A DNA stretch of 64,000 bases from Candidatus Methylomirabilota bacterium. Its GTDB lineage: Bacteria > Methylomirabilota > Methylomirabilia > Rokubacteriales > CSP1-6. The position numbers and the translations under genes were made by a program. The DNA lies in the NCBI GenBank assembly GCA_035709005.1, contig DASTFB010000101.1:1483-65482 (forward strand). Reading direction: 5' to 3'. The stretch's first letter is position 1. Each line of letters begins with the position of its first letter. Positions 36,402 through 45,722 of this stretch are shown here, piece by piece. The notes beneath the pieces were generated by a model. It was not told the origin of the DNA. It did no database searches and was given only the letters and a program-made list of their open reading frames with translations.

Positions 36402-37550
36402 ATGGACTTCGCGTTCACGCCAGAGCAGGAGGAGCTGAGCCGGGCCCTGCGTGCCTTCGCCCGCAAGGAGCTGGCCCCGCGTTCCCAGCGCTGGGACAAG
36501 AGCGGGGAGTTCCCGTGGGATGTCTGGCGGCACATGGGGGAGCTCGGCCTCTTCGGGCTCCGCGTGCCCGCGGAGCTCGGAGGCCAGGAGGCCGATCTGG
36601 TGACGACCGGCATCGCCATCGAAGAGGTCGCCCGGGGAGACTTCAGCTGCACCTACGGCGTGCAGCTCGCCTGTCTGGGGGGGGAGATCATCGGCCGCAA
36701 CGGCACCGACGAGGTGCGCAAGCGCTGGCTGCCCCCGATCGCTCGCGGCGAGGCGGTGCTTGCCATCGGGCTGACCGAGCCGTCGGTCGGCTCGGACGCC
36801 GCCAACCTGACCTGCCGCGCGGTCCGCGAGGGGGACGAGTACGTCATCACGGGCGAGAAGTCCGGGATCAGCCTGGGCATCGCCGCCCACGCGATCATGC
36901 TGTTCGCGACCACGAATCCCGGGGCGCGGGCCCAGGGGGTGACCGCGTTCCTGGTCCCGCTGGACCTGCCCGGGGTGTCGCGCAGCGCGCTGCGCGACCT
37001 GGGCGCGCGGGCCGTGGGCCGGGCGGTGCTGTCGTTCGACCACGTCCGCGTGCCCGTGTCCCACCGTCTGGGCCAGGAGGGGACCGGCTTCTACCAGGTG
37101 ATGCGGGGCTTCGACTTCAATCGCGCGCTCATCGCCCTGGCCTGCCTGGGCTCGGCGCAGGCGTCGCTCGAGGAGACGATGGCGTACGTCAAGGAGCGCA
37201 AGGCCTTCGGCCAGGCCATCGCCCAGTTCCAGGGAGTCTCGTTCCCCATCGCCGAGGCCGCGACGCTGATCGAGGCGGCGCGGCTGCTCTGCTACCGGGC
37301 CCTGTGGCTGGCCGACCGGGGCGAGCGCCACACGAGGGAGTCGGCGATGGTGAAGTGGTGGGCGCCCCGGCTGGCCGTGGACACCATCCATCAATGTCTG
37401 CTCCTGCACGGCCACTACGGCTACACCGAGGAACTGCCCTTCGAGCAGCGCCTGCGCGACGTCATCGGCCTGGAGATCGGCGACGGGACCGCCGAGGTGA
37501 TGAAGCTCGTCGTGGCCCGCGAGCTCATGGGCCGCGAGAGCGTGCTCTGA
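36402..37550 (+). CDS. Acyl-CoA dehydrogenase
   Basis: ACAD N/M/C domains, with the catalytic Glu near the C-terminus (...IGDGTAEVMKLVVAREL). Confidence 0.9.
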   Translation: MDFAFTPEQEELSRALRAFARKELAPRSQRWDKSGEFPWDVWRHMGELGLFGLRVPAELGGQEADLVTTGIAIEEVARGDFSCTYGVQLACLGGEIIGRNGTDEVRKRWLPPIARGEAVLAIGLTEPSVGSDAANLTCRAVREGDEYVITGEKSGISLGIAAHAIMLFATTNPGARAQGVTAFLVPLDLPGVSRSALRDLGARAVGRAVLSFDHVRVPVSHRLGQEGTGFYQVMRGFDFNRALIALACLGSAQASLEETMAYVKERKAFGQAIAQFQGVSFPIAEAATLIEAARLLCYRALWLADRGERHTRESAMVKWWAPRLAVDTIHQCLLLHGHYGYTEELPFEQRLRDVIGLEIGDGTAEVMKLVVARELMGRESVL

Positions 37551-37553
37551 GGG

Positions 37554-38300
37554 ATGCCGCTCAAGACGTACACGCTGAGCGAGCGTCCCGCGCTCGAGGA
37601 CGAGTTCGAGCGCCTGGCCGCGGCCGCCTGGCCGCGCTTCCTGCGGCAAGGCGACCAGCTGGGACTCGGCCGGTACTGGCCCTGGCTCTTCGAGCAGGGG
37701 GACTTCCAGCTCCTCGTCTGCGACGGCGCCGATCGCGTGGTGGCGGCCGGCCATACCATCCCCATCGACTGGGACGGCACACCGGACGGACTGCCGGAGT
37801 CGATGGTGGCGGTGCTCCGCAACGCCCGAGAGACCCGCGACACGGGCCGCCGTCCCACGGCGCTCTCCGCGCTTGCCGCGATGGTGTCGCCCGAGCGCCG
37901 CGGCCAGGGGCTCAGCAGCGAGCTGATCAGGGCCATGGCGGCGGTGGCCCGCCAGCACCGGCTGTCGGCGCTCGTCGCCCCGGTGCGACCGACCCTCAAG
38001 GCCAGCTACCCGCTGGCGCCGATGGAGCGCTACGTGCGCTGGACGCGCAGCGACGGCGCGCCGCTGGATCCCTGGATCCGCGTGCACTGGCGGCTGGGGG
38101 CCGAGATCGTGCGCGTCGTCCCGCGCACGCTGCTGATCGCCGGTCGCGTGGCGGACTGGGAGGCGTGGACGGAGATGGCCTTCCCCGACACCGGGCCCTA
38201 CGTGGTGCCGGGCGCCCTGCAGCCGGTCGTGATCGACCGCGAGCGGGACGAGGGACGCTACGAGGACCCCAACGTCTGGATGCAGCACCCCGTCATCTGA
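37554..38300 (+). CDS. Hypothetical protein, possibly GNAT-fold acyltransferase
   Basis: Tight spacing within an operon with ACAD and SDR. A weak GNAT-like central motif (RRGQGLSSELIRAM). Confidence 0.4.
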   Translation: MPLKTYTLSERPALEDEFERLAAAAWPRFLRQGDQLGLGRYWPWLFEQGDFQLLVCDGADRVVAAGHTIPIDWDGTPDGLPESMVAVLRNARETRDTGRRPTALSALAAMVSPERRGQGLSSELIRAMAAVARQHRLSALVAPVRPTLKASYPLAPMERYVRWTRSDGAPLDPWIRVHWRLGAEIVRVVPRTLLIAGRVADWEAWTEMAFPDTGPYVVPGALQPVVIDRERDEGRYEDPNVWMQHPVI

Positions 38301-38310
38301 GGGACCGCAT

Positions 38311-39105
38311 ATGGATCTGAACCTCGCCGACAAGACCGTCATCGTCACCGGAGGCGGCTCCAACATCGGTCGCGCCATCGGCCTGGCCTTCGCCCGCGAG
38401 CGCGCCAACGTCGTGATCGCCGAGATCGACGCGGGCCAGGGCAAGAAAGTGGTGGCCGAGGCCGAGGGCCTCGGCGCCCGGGCGCTGCTGGTGCCCACCG
38501 ACGTCACCAGCTGGCCGTCGGTGCAGGCGATGGTGCGGACGGCCGAGGAGCGGTTCGGCGGCGTGCACGTGCTCGTGAACAACGTGGGCTGGACCCGCGA
38601 CGCCCTCTTCGTGGAGAAGACCCGCGAGGAGTGGGACAAGGAGATCCAGCTCAACCTGTGGGGGATGATCAATTGCACCCGCGCCGTGCTGGACGGCATG
38701 ATCGCCCGGCGCGCCGGCGCCATCGTCAGTCTCGGCTCCGACGCCGGACGGATCGGGGAGTTCCGGGAAGGCGTGTACGGGGCCTGCAAGGCGGGCGTGA
38801 TCGCCCTGTCCAAGTCGATCGCCCGCGAGGTGGGCAAGCACGGCATCCGGCTCAACGTCGTCTGCCCGGGCATGACGATGCCGGCGCCGGACGAGGACGT
38901 CGGCGAGCTCAGCATGTGGGCCCAGGCCGAGAACCGCGCGTGGATGACGGACGACATGCGGGCCCGGATCGCCAGGGCGTACCCGTTGCGGCGCGTGGCC
39001 CGTCCCGAGGACGTCACCGGCGCCGTCCTGTTCCTGGCCTCCGACGCCGCCGGGTTCGTCACCGGGCAGACGTTGAGCGTCAGTGGCGGTTACACGATGA
39101 TGTAG
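38311..39105 (+). CDS. SDR family oxidoreductase
   Basis: TGGGSNIGRA cofactor site. NNVG. Catalytic YGACK. Confidence 0.85.
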   Translation: MDLNLADKTVIVTGGGSNIGRAIGLAFARERANVVIAEIDAGQGKKVVAEAEGLGARALLVPTDVTSWPSVQAMVRTAEERFGGVHVLVNNVGWTRDALFVEKTREEWDKEIQLNLWGMINCTRAVLDGMIARRAGAIVSLGSDAGRIGEFREGVYGACKAGVIALSKSIAREVGKHGIRLNVVCPGMTMPAPDEDVGELSMWAQAENRAWMTDDMRARIARAYPLRRVARPEDVTGAVLFLASDAAGFVTGQTLSVSGGYTMM

Positions 39106-39158
39106 GATGCCGGGCGGACGGGCGTGACGCCGGCGTCACGCCGGGTCCGCCGGCCCGA

Positions 39159-39638
39159 TCACTGGCGGTCCTGCTTCTCGCGCTGCTCCCGGCCACCCGG
39201 ACTGGCCGCCGGCGCCTGCTCGAGCATGTCCTGCTGCATGGTCACGACGAGCTCCTGGTCCTGCCCGCGCTGCACGCGCACGGCGTTCCAGGGCACAGCC
39301 ATCTCCTGACCGCTGCCGGTGAGAAGGCCGCCGCCCCGCGTGATGACGACGGAGCTGACCTTGCCGTCCGTCGGATCGATCAACAGCTTGCCGACTTTGC
39401 CGATCTCCTTGCCCTGCTGATCGCGCACCTGCGCGCCCACCAGGGAGTCGGACGCGATGGTGGCGCCGTGCTGCGCGCCGGCCTGGCCGGCCGGACGTTC
39501 CGCCACCGGCGGCTGCGGCGGCGGTGGTTGCTGCTGTGGCTGCGTCTGCGGGGCCGGTTCCGATTGCTGCTGAGCCAGCGCGCCCGGCGGCAGGACGAGC
39601 ACCGCCGCCACGGCGGCGAATGTGACGAGCTGCTTCAT
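39159..39638 (-). CDS. Secreted PRC-barrel domain protein
   Basis: Signal peptide and Gln/Pro-rich linker. PRC-barrel-like C-terminus (GAQVRDQQGKEIGKVGKLLIDPTDGKVSSVVI). SD AAGGAGGG. Confidence 0.55.
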   Translation of the reverse strand: MKQLVTFAAVAAVLVLPPGALAQQQSEPAPQTQPQQQPPPPQPPVAERPAGQAGAQHGATIASDSLVGAQVRDQQGKEIGKVGKLLIDPTDGKVSSVVITRGGGLLTGSGQEMAVPWNAVRVQRGQDQELVVTMQQDMLEQAPAASPGGREQREKQDRQ

Positions 39639-39960
39639 GGCCATCCCTCCTTCATGTGTTAGCGAGAGTACGGTTGCAGGAGGGATGCCAGCGAAGGCCC
39701 CCGCGACGTGGCACTTCCTACAGGGGATCGTCGGCGGCTCGCCGTCGCGGGCGTGGCGGCCTGAGCAGCCGCCAGAGCTTCTCCGCGTGCAGCGGCGTGT
39801 CGGGGGCGCCGGGGACATCGTCAGGCACTCACTGGTGGTGACGGCGTATCGTGTCAAGCGCTGGTCCCGTCCGCTTGACGATGCGCGGACGCCCGGCGTA
39901 GGGTCGTCGCCATGCGATCGGCTCCCATCGCCGCCATCACTTGCCCGCTCGACTGACGGC

Positions 39961-41610
39961 GTGGCGTTTCCGGACGAGGTGACGCTCACTCCGGCGCACG
40001 CCCGGGCCATGCGCGCGGCGGGCTGGTGGCGCGACGAGACGCTCGACGCCTACCTGGACCGGTGGGCCACGGAGCGGCCGGACCGCACGGCCATCGTCGA
40101 CGGCGTGAGCCGTCTGACGTGGGGCGAGCTGGCGCGGCGGGTGGAACGTGTCGCCTACGGGTTTCAGGCGTCGGGGCTGGGACCGGGCTCGGTCATCTCC
40201 TGCCAGCTCCCCAACTGGAACGAGTGGATCGTGCTGGCCCTGGCGGCCGTCCGGCTGGGAGCGATCCTCAACCCGATCCCGCCCACGTATCGCGCCAGCG
40301 AGCTTCGCTTCATCCTGACCACGCTCGAGGCCGAAGCGCTGGTCGTGCCGGCGCGCTTCCGACAGTTCGACTACGCGGAGATGGCGGCCGGCCTGCGCGC
40401 CGGCGCGCCCACGCTGCGCGAGATCTTCGTCGTCCGCGGCGACCGGGAGCCCGGGATGCGCCCGTTCACCTGGTTGACCGAGACCGCCTGGGAGCAGCGC
40501 GCCGGCCGGGGGAGCCTGGCCGGCTCCGATCCCAACCAGGTCAGCGAGGTCATCTTCACCTCGGGAACGACCGGCGAGCCCAAAGGCGTCATGCACACCT
40601 CGAACACGACGCTGGCCATCATCTACCCGCTCATCGAGCGCCTGCGATTCGACGAGCGGGACGTCGTGCTCATGTCCTCGACCTTCGGGCACCAGACCGG
40701 CTATCTCTACGGCTATTGCCTGACCCTGCTCCGCGGCGGGACGGGCGTGTGGCTGGACGTCTGGAACGCGGACGAGGCCGCTCGCCTCGTCGAGGCCGAA
40801 GGCGTCACCTACACGATGGGCGCGACGCCGTTCCTTCAAGATTTCGTCTCGTCGGCGGCGCTGGAGCGCCGCGACGTGTCCTCGCTGCGCCTGTTCATCT
40901 CCGCGGGAGCTGCCATCCCCCGTACGCTCGTGCAGGAGGGCCGGCGGCGGCTCGGCTGCGCTATCTCCGCCGGATGGGGAATGAGCGAGAACGGCCTGGT
41001 GACCTGCAACGGCCTGGACGATCCGGAGGAGAAGGTGTTCGGCACCGACGGCCGTCCGCTGCCCGGCATGGAGCTGCAGGTGGTCGACGGGGAGGGCCGT
41101 CCGGTGCCGGCCAAGACCGAAGGCGACCTGCTGGTGCGCGGACATTCGCAATTCGTCGGGTACTGGAAACGGCCCCAGTTCACCCGGGAGGCCCACACCG
41201 CCGACGGGTGGTTCAAGACCGGCGATCGCGCCCTGCTCGACACCGACGGTTACGTAGCGATCACCGGCCGGTCGAAGGACCTCATCATCCGGGGGGGCGA
41301 GAACATCTCGGTCGCCGAGGTCGAGAACCTGCTCTTCGCGCATCCCAAGGTCCAGGGCGTGGCCGTGGTGGCCATGCCCGATCCCCGGCTGGTCGAGCGC
41401 GCCTGCGCCTTCGTGATCCCGCGGCCCGGCCACACCGTGACCCTGCAGGAGCTCGTCGACTATCTGCAGGCGAAGGCGGTTGCGCGGCACAAGTTCCCGG
41501 AGCGGCTGGAGCTGGTGAGCGAGTTCCCGATGACCCCCAGCGGGAAGATCCAGAAGTACCGGCTGCGGGAAGCGATCGCCAGCAAGCTGGGATTGCCGCC
41601 GGTGCGCTGA
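39961..41610 (+). CDS. AMP-dependent synthetase/ligase (acyl-CoA synthetase family)
   Basis: AMP-binding motif IFTSGTTGEPKGV. Motifs GWGMSE, WFKTGD, PSGKIQK. Confidence 0.85.
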   Translation: MAFPDEVTLTPAHARAMRAAGWWRDETLDAYLDRWATERPDRTAIVDGVSRLTWGELARRVERVAYGFQASGLGPGSVISCQLPNWNEWIVLALAAVRLGAILNPIPPTYRASELRFILTTLEAEALVVPARFRQFDYAEMAAGLRAGAPTLREIFVVRGDREPGMRPFTWLTETAWEQRAGRGSLAGSDPNQVSEVIFTSGTTGEPKGVMHTSNTTLAIIYPLIERLRFDERDVVLMSSTFGHQTGYLYGYCLTLLRGGTGVWLDVWNADEAARLVEAEGVTYTMGATPFLQDFVSSAALERRDVSSLRLFISAGAAIPRTLVQEGRRRLGCAISAGWGMSENGLVTCNGLDDPEEKVFGTDGRPLPGMELQVVDGEGRPVPAKTEGDLLVRGHSQFVGYWKRPQFTREAHTADGWFKTGDRALLDTDGYVAITGRSKDLIIRGGENISVAEVENLLFAHPKVQGVAVVAMPDPRLVERACAFVIPRPGHTVTLQELVDYLQAKAVARHKFPERLELVSEFPMTPSGKIQKYRLREAIASKLGLPPVR

Positions 41611-41746
41611 ACGCTTCAGGGAATTTCTCCCCGGCCTGGGATTTCTCCCGGACCGAAATCCCGGCTCACGGGGAGGAGGCGTCTGCTAACGCATTGTTTG
41701 TACGTGCCGGCCCGCCTGGCCTCACTGTTGCGTTCGGACGTCGGCC

Positions 41747-42259
41747 ATGACGACCAATGGATCGGCCCCCAACAGTGTCGCGAATGGCAGTCTGGTCATC
41801 GCCGGCGACGACCCGTCGTTCCGGCGCCGCGTGCTCGAGACGCTGGACCCCGAAGATCCCGGTAAGGTCGCCGAGGTCGCGGCCCGTCCGGGCCTCTACC
41901 ACGAAGTCGCCGCGCTCGCGCCGTCGATCATTCTGTACGATGTGGGCCCGCGGACCGACATCGATGCCCTGGGGATGGTGTCGGCGCTGAGCGCCCTGAG
42001 CAAGGTCATCGTCCTGGCCGATGTCGACAACGACGCGCTGGCGCTCGAGGCCCTCAAGGCGGGTGCCAGTGGCTTCTGCCCGCGGGACACTCCGCCCGAG
42101 CTCATGCAGAAGGCGGTGCGGCTCGTCCAGGCGGGTGAGGTGTGGGTCGGGCGGCGGGTACTGCTGCGCCTGATCGAGGAGCTGACCCATGAGTCCCCGG
42201 GCCGCGGACGCAGCCGCGCCGGCGTCCGGAGGGGGCACCCCCTGGAGACCTTGGCCTGA
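41747..42259 (+). CDS. Stand-alone response-regulator receiver (REC) domain protein, no output domain
   Basis: CheY-like fold with ...KAGASGF..PELMQKAVRLVQAGEVWV... The protein ends without an HTH. Confidence 0.55.
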   Translation: MTTNGSAPNSVANGSLVIAGDDPSFRRRVLETLDPEDPGKVAEVAARPGLYHEVAALAPSIILYDVGPRTDIDALGMVSALSALSKVIVLADVDNDALALEALKAGASGFCPRDTPPELMQKAVRLVQAGEVWVGRRVLLRLIEELTHESPGRGRSRAGVRRGHPLETLA

Positions 42260-42320
42260 CGGTAGGTAGCGCGCCTGCCGATTGGACGTAGCGGCGCGCC
42301 GGCTGCTAGAGTCGCGCTCC

Positions 42321-43103
42321 ATGAGCGAGCGCCGCCTGCGGTCGATCGTCGCCGCTTACCTGCTCGCCTTCGTCGGCATCGTGGCGTTCAGCTTCCTGGC
42401 GCTGCTCCTGGTCCGCGCGATGTACCCGGACGGCTCGCCGGCGGAGCTGACCCAGGGGTTGCCCGCGCTCCTCGCCGGCACGCTCGCTTCCGCCACCGCC
42501 CTGTTGCTCACCATCGTCATCGTGTTGCGTCCTCTCGACGCCGCGGCGCTCAGGCTCCTGCCCGGCCGGGAAACGGGGCCGTCGCTGGCGGCGATGATCC
42601 TGGGCACGCTGGCGCTAGGCCAGACGCTCGATTCCGCCGTGGCCCTGCTCGGCCTGACCAACCGCGGGGCGATGGCGGTCATCAGACGCGCCCTGGAAGG
42701 CGCCGCAGGGCCCGAGCTGTTCCTCGCCGTGCTGGTGATCGGGGTGATCGCGGGCGGGGCCGAAGAAGCGTTCTTCCGCGGATATCTGCAGACGAGCCTG
42801 CGCGAGCACGTGTCCGCCGTCACGGCGATCGTGCTCACCAGCCTCGGCTTCGCGGTGTTCCACCTGGACTGGGTGCACGGGGCGCTGGCGTTCGGGCTGG
42901 GTCTGTGGCTGGGCTACATCACCGAGCGGACGGGCAGCGCCCTGCCGGCCTGCGCCTGTCACATGGTCAACAACGCGCTCTTCACGCTCCTCACGGCGTT
43001 CGGCGTGACGATCGAGGGCATCGCCTCCAATGCCATCCTGGGTGCGACCAGCCTCATCGTGTTCGCCGGCTGCGCGGTGATCGTGACGCGCCTGCCGGAC
43101 TGA
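42321..43103 (+). CDS. CPBP-family intramembrane metalloprotease (CAAX protease/Abi)
   Basis: EExxxR motif (GGAEEAFFRGY), FxxxH (AVFHL) and HxxxN (CHMVNNA). Confidence 0.75.
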   Translation: MSERRLRSIVAAYLLAFVGIVAFSFLALLLVRAMYPDGSPAELTQGLPALLAGTLASATALLLTIVIVLRPLDAAALRLLPGRETGPSLAAMILGTLALGQTLDSAVALLGLTNRGAMAVIRRALEGAAGPELFLAVLVIGVIAGGAEEAFFRGYLQTSLREHVSAVTAIVLTSLGFAVFHLDWVHGALAFGLGLWLGYITERTGSALPACACHMVNNALFTLLTAFGVTIEGIASNAILGATSLIVFAGCAVIVTRLPD

Positions 43104-43124
43104 GCGCGCCCCAAGGAGACTCGG

Positions 43125-44105
43125 ATGAAGCTCGGGTTGAGTCCGCTGCAGGCCGGCGGCGACTTCGAGGAGACGATCCAGGAGTGCGAGCGCGCCGAGG
43201 CGGCGGGGTTCGACTCCGTGTGGCTGGGCGAGCACCACAACAACCCGGTGCTCTACCCGACCCCGCTCATCGGGCTGGCCGCCATCGCCAGCCGAACGCG
43301 GCGGCTTCGCCTGGGGACCGGGGTCCTGCTGGCGCCCCTCTATCACCCGCTGACCGTGGCCGAGCAGGCCGCGATGGTCGACGTCATCTCGCGCGGCCGT
43401 CTGATCCTCGGGGTCGGCGCGGGCTACGCTCCCGAGGAGTTCGCCGCCTTCGGCGTGTCGCTGAAGGAGCGCGGCAGCCGGATGGACGAGGCCATGTCGC
43501 TCATCGACCGGCTCCTCTCCGAGGAGAAGGTGACCCATGCCGGGCGCCACTATCGGGTCACGGAGGCCACGGTGGCGCCGCGCCCCGTGCAACGCCCGAG
43601 GCCGCCGATCTGGTTCGCGGGCTGGGTGGAGCCGGCCATCCGGCGCGCCGGGCGCATGGGGGATGCGTGGCTGGGCGGACCGTCGGCGAGGCTGGACGAG
43701 CTGGCCGCCTGCGTGCGGCTGTATCGGCAGGCGCGGGCGGCGGCCGGTCGTGATGCCGCGGGGGGCGAGCTGGCGCTGATGCGCTACGTCCACGTGGCCG
43801 AGAGCTCGGAGCGAGCGCGCGCGATCGCCGGCCCGGCGTTCGTCCGCTCGTTCGAATCGCTGTATTTCCGGTGGCCGCACCCCGTGGTCAAGCGCCCCGC
43901 CGGCGAGCTGAGCATCGAGCGCTTGAGCGAGGATCGGATCATCCTGGGCGATCCCGAAAGCTGCATCCGCCAGATCGAGCGCTTTCGAACGGCGCTGGGT
44001 GTCACCCACCTCATCTGCCGCATGTCGGTCCCGGGCATATCGCGCGAAGCGGCCCGCGCGGCGCTGGACCTGTTCACCCGCGAGGTCATGCCGGCCCTGG
44101 CGTGA
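43125..44105 (+). CDS. LLM-class flavin-dependent oxidoreductase (luciferase-like monooxygenase)
   Basis: TIM-barrel LLM signature (GFDSVWLGEHH...GVGAGY). Confidence 0.8.
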   Translation: MKLGLSPLQAGGDFEETIQECERAEAAGFDSVWLGEHHNNPVLYPTPLIGLAAIASRTRRLRLGTGVLLAPLYHPLTVAEQAAMVDVISRGRLILGVGAGYAPEEFAAFGVSLKERGSRMDEAMSLIDRLLSEEKVTHAGRHYRVTEATVAPRPVQRPRPPIWFAGWVEPAIRRAGRMGDAWLGGPSARLDELAACVRLYRQARAAAGRDAAGGELALMRYVHVAESSERARAIAGPAFVRSFESLYFRWPHPVVKRPAGELSIERLSEDRIILGDPESCIRQIERFRTALGVTHLICRMSVPGISREAARAALDLFTREVMPALA

Positions 44106-44163
44106 GCTGATTTGCGCTCGGTCCCCGCAGGGCGGTAGGCTGGGGGCGCTCCAGGAGGCGCGA

Positions 44164-45348
44164 ATGGGATTGGGTGGGAAGGTCGCGATCGTCGGCAGCG
44201 GCGTGATCAAGTACGGGGAGAACTTCCACCAGAGCCTCACCGACATGATCTACGAGGCCGTCTCGCTGGCCCTGGCGGATGCCGGGATGGAACGGGGCCG
44301 GCTGCAAGCGGCCTGGCTGGGCTGCTACGAGCCGATGCTCTACGGGTTCGAGGGCAACTCCGGTACGTTCGTGTCCGATCCCCTCAACCTGGCTCCGATC
44401 CCGGTGACGCGGGTCGCCGCGTACTGTGCCACCGGCATCGAAGCCGTCCGCAACGCCGCGCTCGCCGTGGCTTCCGGTGAGTACGACGTGGTCCTGGCCG
44501 TGGGCGCCGAGAAGATGCGTGAGGTGCCCTCGCGGGGCAGCCTGGTGGCCCAGGCCGTCACCCGCGGCCATCCCGTGCTGAGCAAGGGCCGGACGGCGCC
44601 CGGGATGTTCGCGCTCCTGGCCACGCGCTACTTCCGCGAGTACGGCGCCTCCGAGGAGGCCCTCTGCGCCGTGGCGATGAAGAACCACTATCACGGCTCC
44701 CTGAACCCCAAGGCGCACTTCCAGAAGGAGATCACCGCGGAGCAGCACGCGCGCGCGCCCAAGGTGGCCGAGCCGCTGGGACTCTTCGACTGCTGCCCCA
44801 CCACCGACGGGGCGGCCGCCCTCATCTTGACCCGCGCCGACCTGGCGCCCACGCTGACCGAGCGCTACACGGTGCTGCGCGGGATCGCCTACGCGGTGAC
44901 CGCGGGCTACTGGAACACGCAGTTCGATCCCTCGTGGGCCTTCACCTCCTTCCGGGCGACGCAGGAGGCGGCCCGGGCCGCCTACCGGATGGCGGGTATC
45001 AGCGATCCGGCCAGCGAGATCCACGTCGCCGAGTGCCACGACTGCTTCACGATCACCGAGATCATCAACTACGAGGACCTCGGCTTCGCCCGTCCCGGCG
45101 AGGGCTGGAAGCTGGCCACCAGCGGCGCCACCCGGCTGGACGGCGAACTGCCGGTGAACACCTCGGGTGGACTGAAGTCGTGCGGCCATCCGATCGGCTC
45201 GTCCGGCGTGCGCATGATCGCCAACATCCACGACCAGCTCCTGGGCCGCGCCGGCCGGATGCAGGTGAAGGGGGCGCGCGTCGGGCTGGCTCACAACCTG
45301 GGCGGCCCCGGCGCGGTCTCCGCGGTCGCGGTCCTCGGCCAGCCCTAG
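44164..45348 (+). CDS. Thiolase-like protein, SCP-x/lipid-transfer-protein type (non-condensing thiolase)
   Basis: Thiolase fold with the Cys in ...AAYCATGIEAV... C-terminal HDCFT...NTSGGL motifs. Confidence 0.8.
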   Translation: MGLGGKVAIVGSGVIKYGENFHQSLTDMIYEAVSLALADAGMERGRLQAAWLGCYEPMLYGFEGNSGTFVSDPLNLAPIPVTRVAAYCATGIEAVRNAALAVASGEYDVVLAVGAEKMREVPSRGSLVAQAVTRGHPVLSKGRTAPGMFALLATRYFREYGASEEALCAVAMKNHYHGSLNPKAHFQKEITAEQHARAPKVAEPLGLFDCCPTTDGAAALILTRADLAPTLTERYTVLRGIAYAVTAGYWNTQFDPSWAFTSFRATQEAARAAYRMAGISDPASEIHVAECHDCFTITEIINYEDLGFARPGEGWKLATSGATRLDGELPVNTSGGLKSCGHPIGSSGVRMIANIHDQLLGRAGRMQVKGARVGLAHNLGGPGAVSAVAVLGQP

Positions 45349-45371
45349 CCCGTCGCCCGCGCGGAGGACCC

Positions 45372-45722
45372 ATGGCCGAGCTGACGCGCCGATACGCCGT
45401 GATGCCGCTCGCGACCCCGGCCCCGTTCGACCTGCAAGACCCGGATGCGCCCTTCGTCCTCAAGCCCTGGAAAGATCCGGCGGCGCTGCTCGCGCTCCGC
45501 ACCTACCGGGACCACTGCCACCCCGAGCTGGCCCGCGAGATCGACGCGTGGATCGTGGTGGTGGAGTCCGGGCCGGTGATCCGGGGCGACGTGGGTCGCC
45601 GTAACGAGCCGTACGCGTCCGGTCGCGGGCGCGCCGCTCGACGCCCTGCCACCCGGCGTCCGGCCGCCCGGCGCCGGAGCGTGCGCCGCGCTGCCGGCAA
45701 GGCCAAGAAGCGGCGGCGCTGA
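45372..45722 (+). CDS. Hypothetical small protein with an Arg-rich C-terminal tail
   Basis: Translationally coupled (TGATG) to the downstream enoyl-CoA hydratase gene. It occupies the slot usually held by a DUF35 partner of SCP-x thiolases but lacks the Zn-ribbon. Confidence 0.35.
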   Translation: MAELTRRYAVMPLATPAPFDLQDPDAPFVLKPWKDPAALLALRTYRDHCHPELAREIDAWIVVVESGPVIRGDVGRRNEPYASGRGRAARRPATRRPAARRRSVRRAAGKAKKRRR

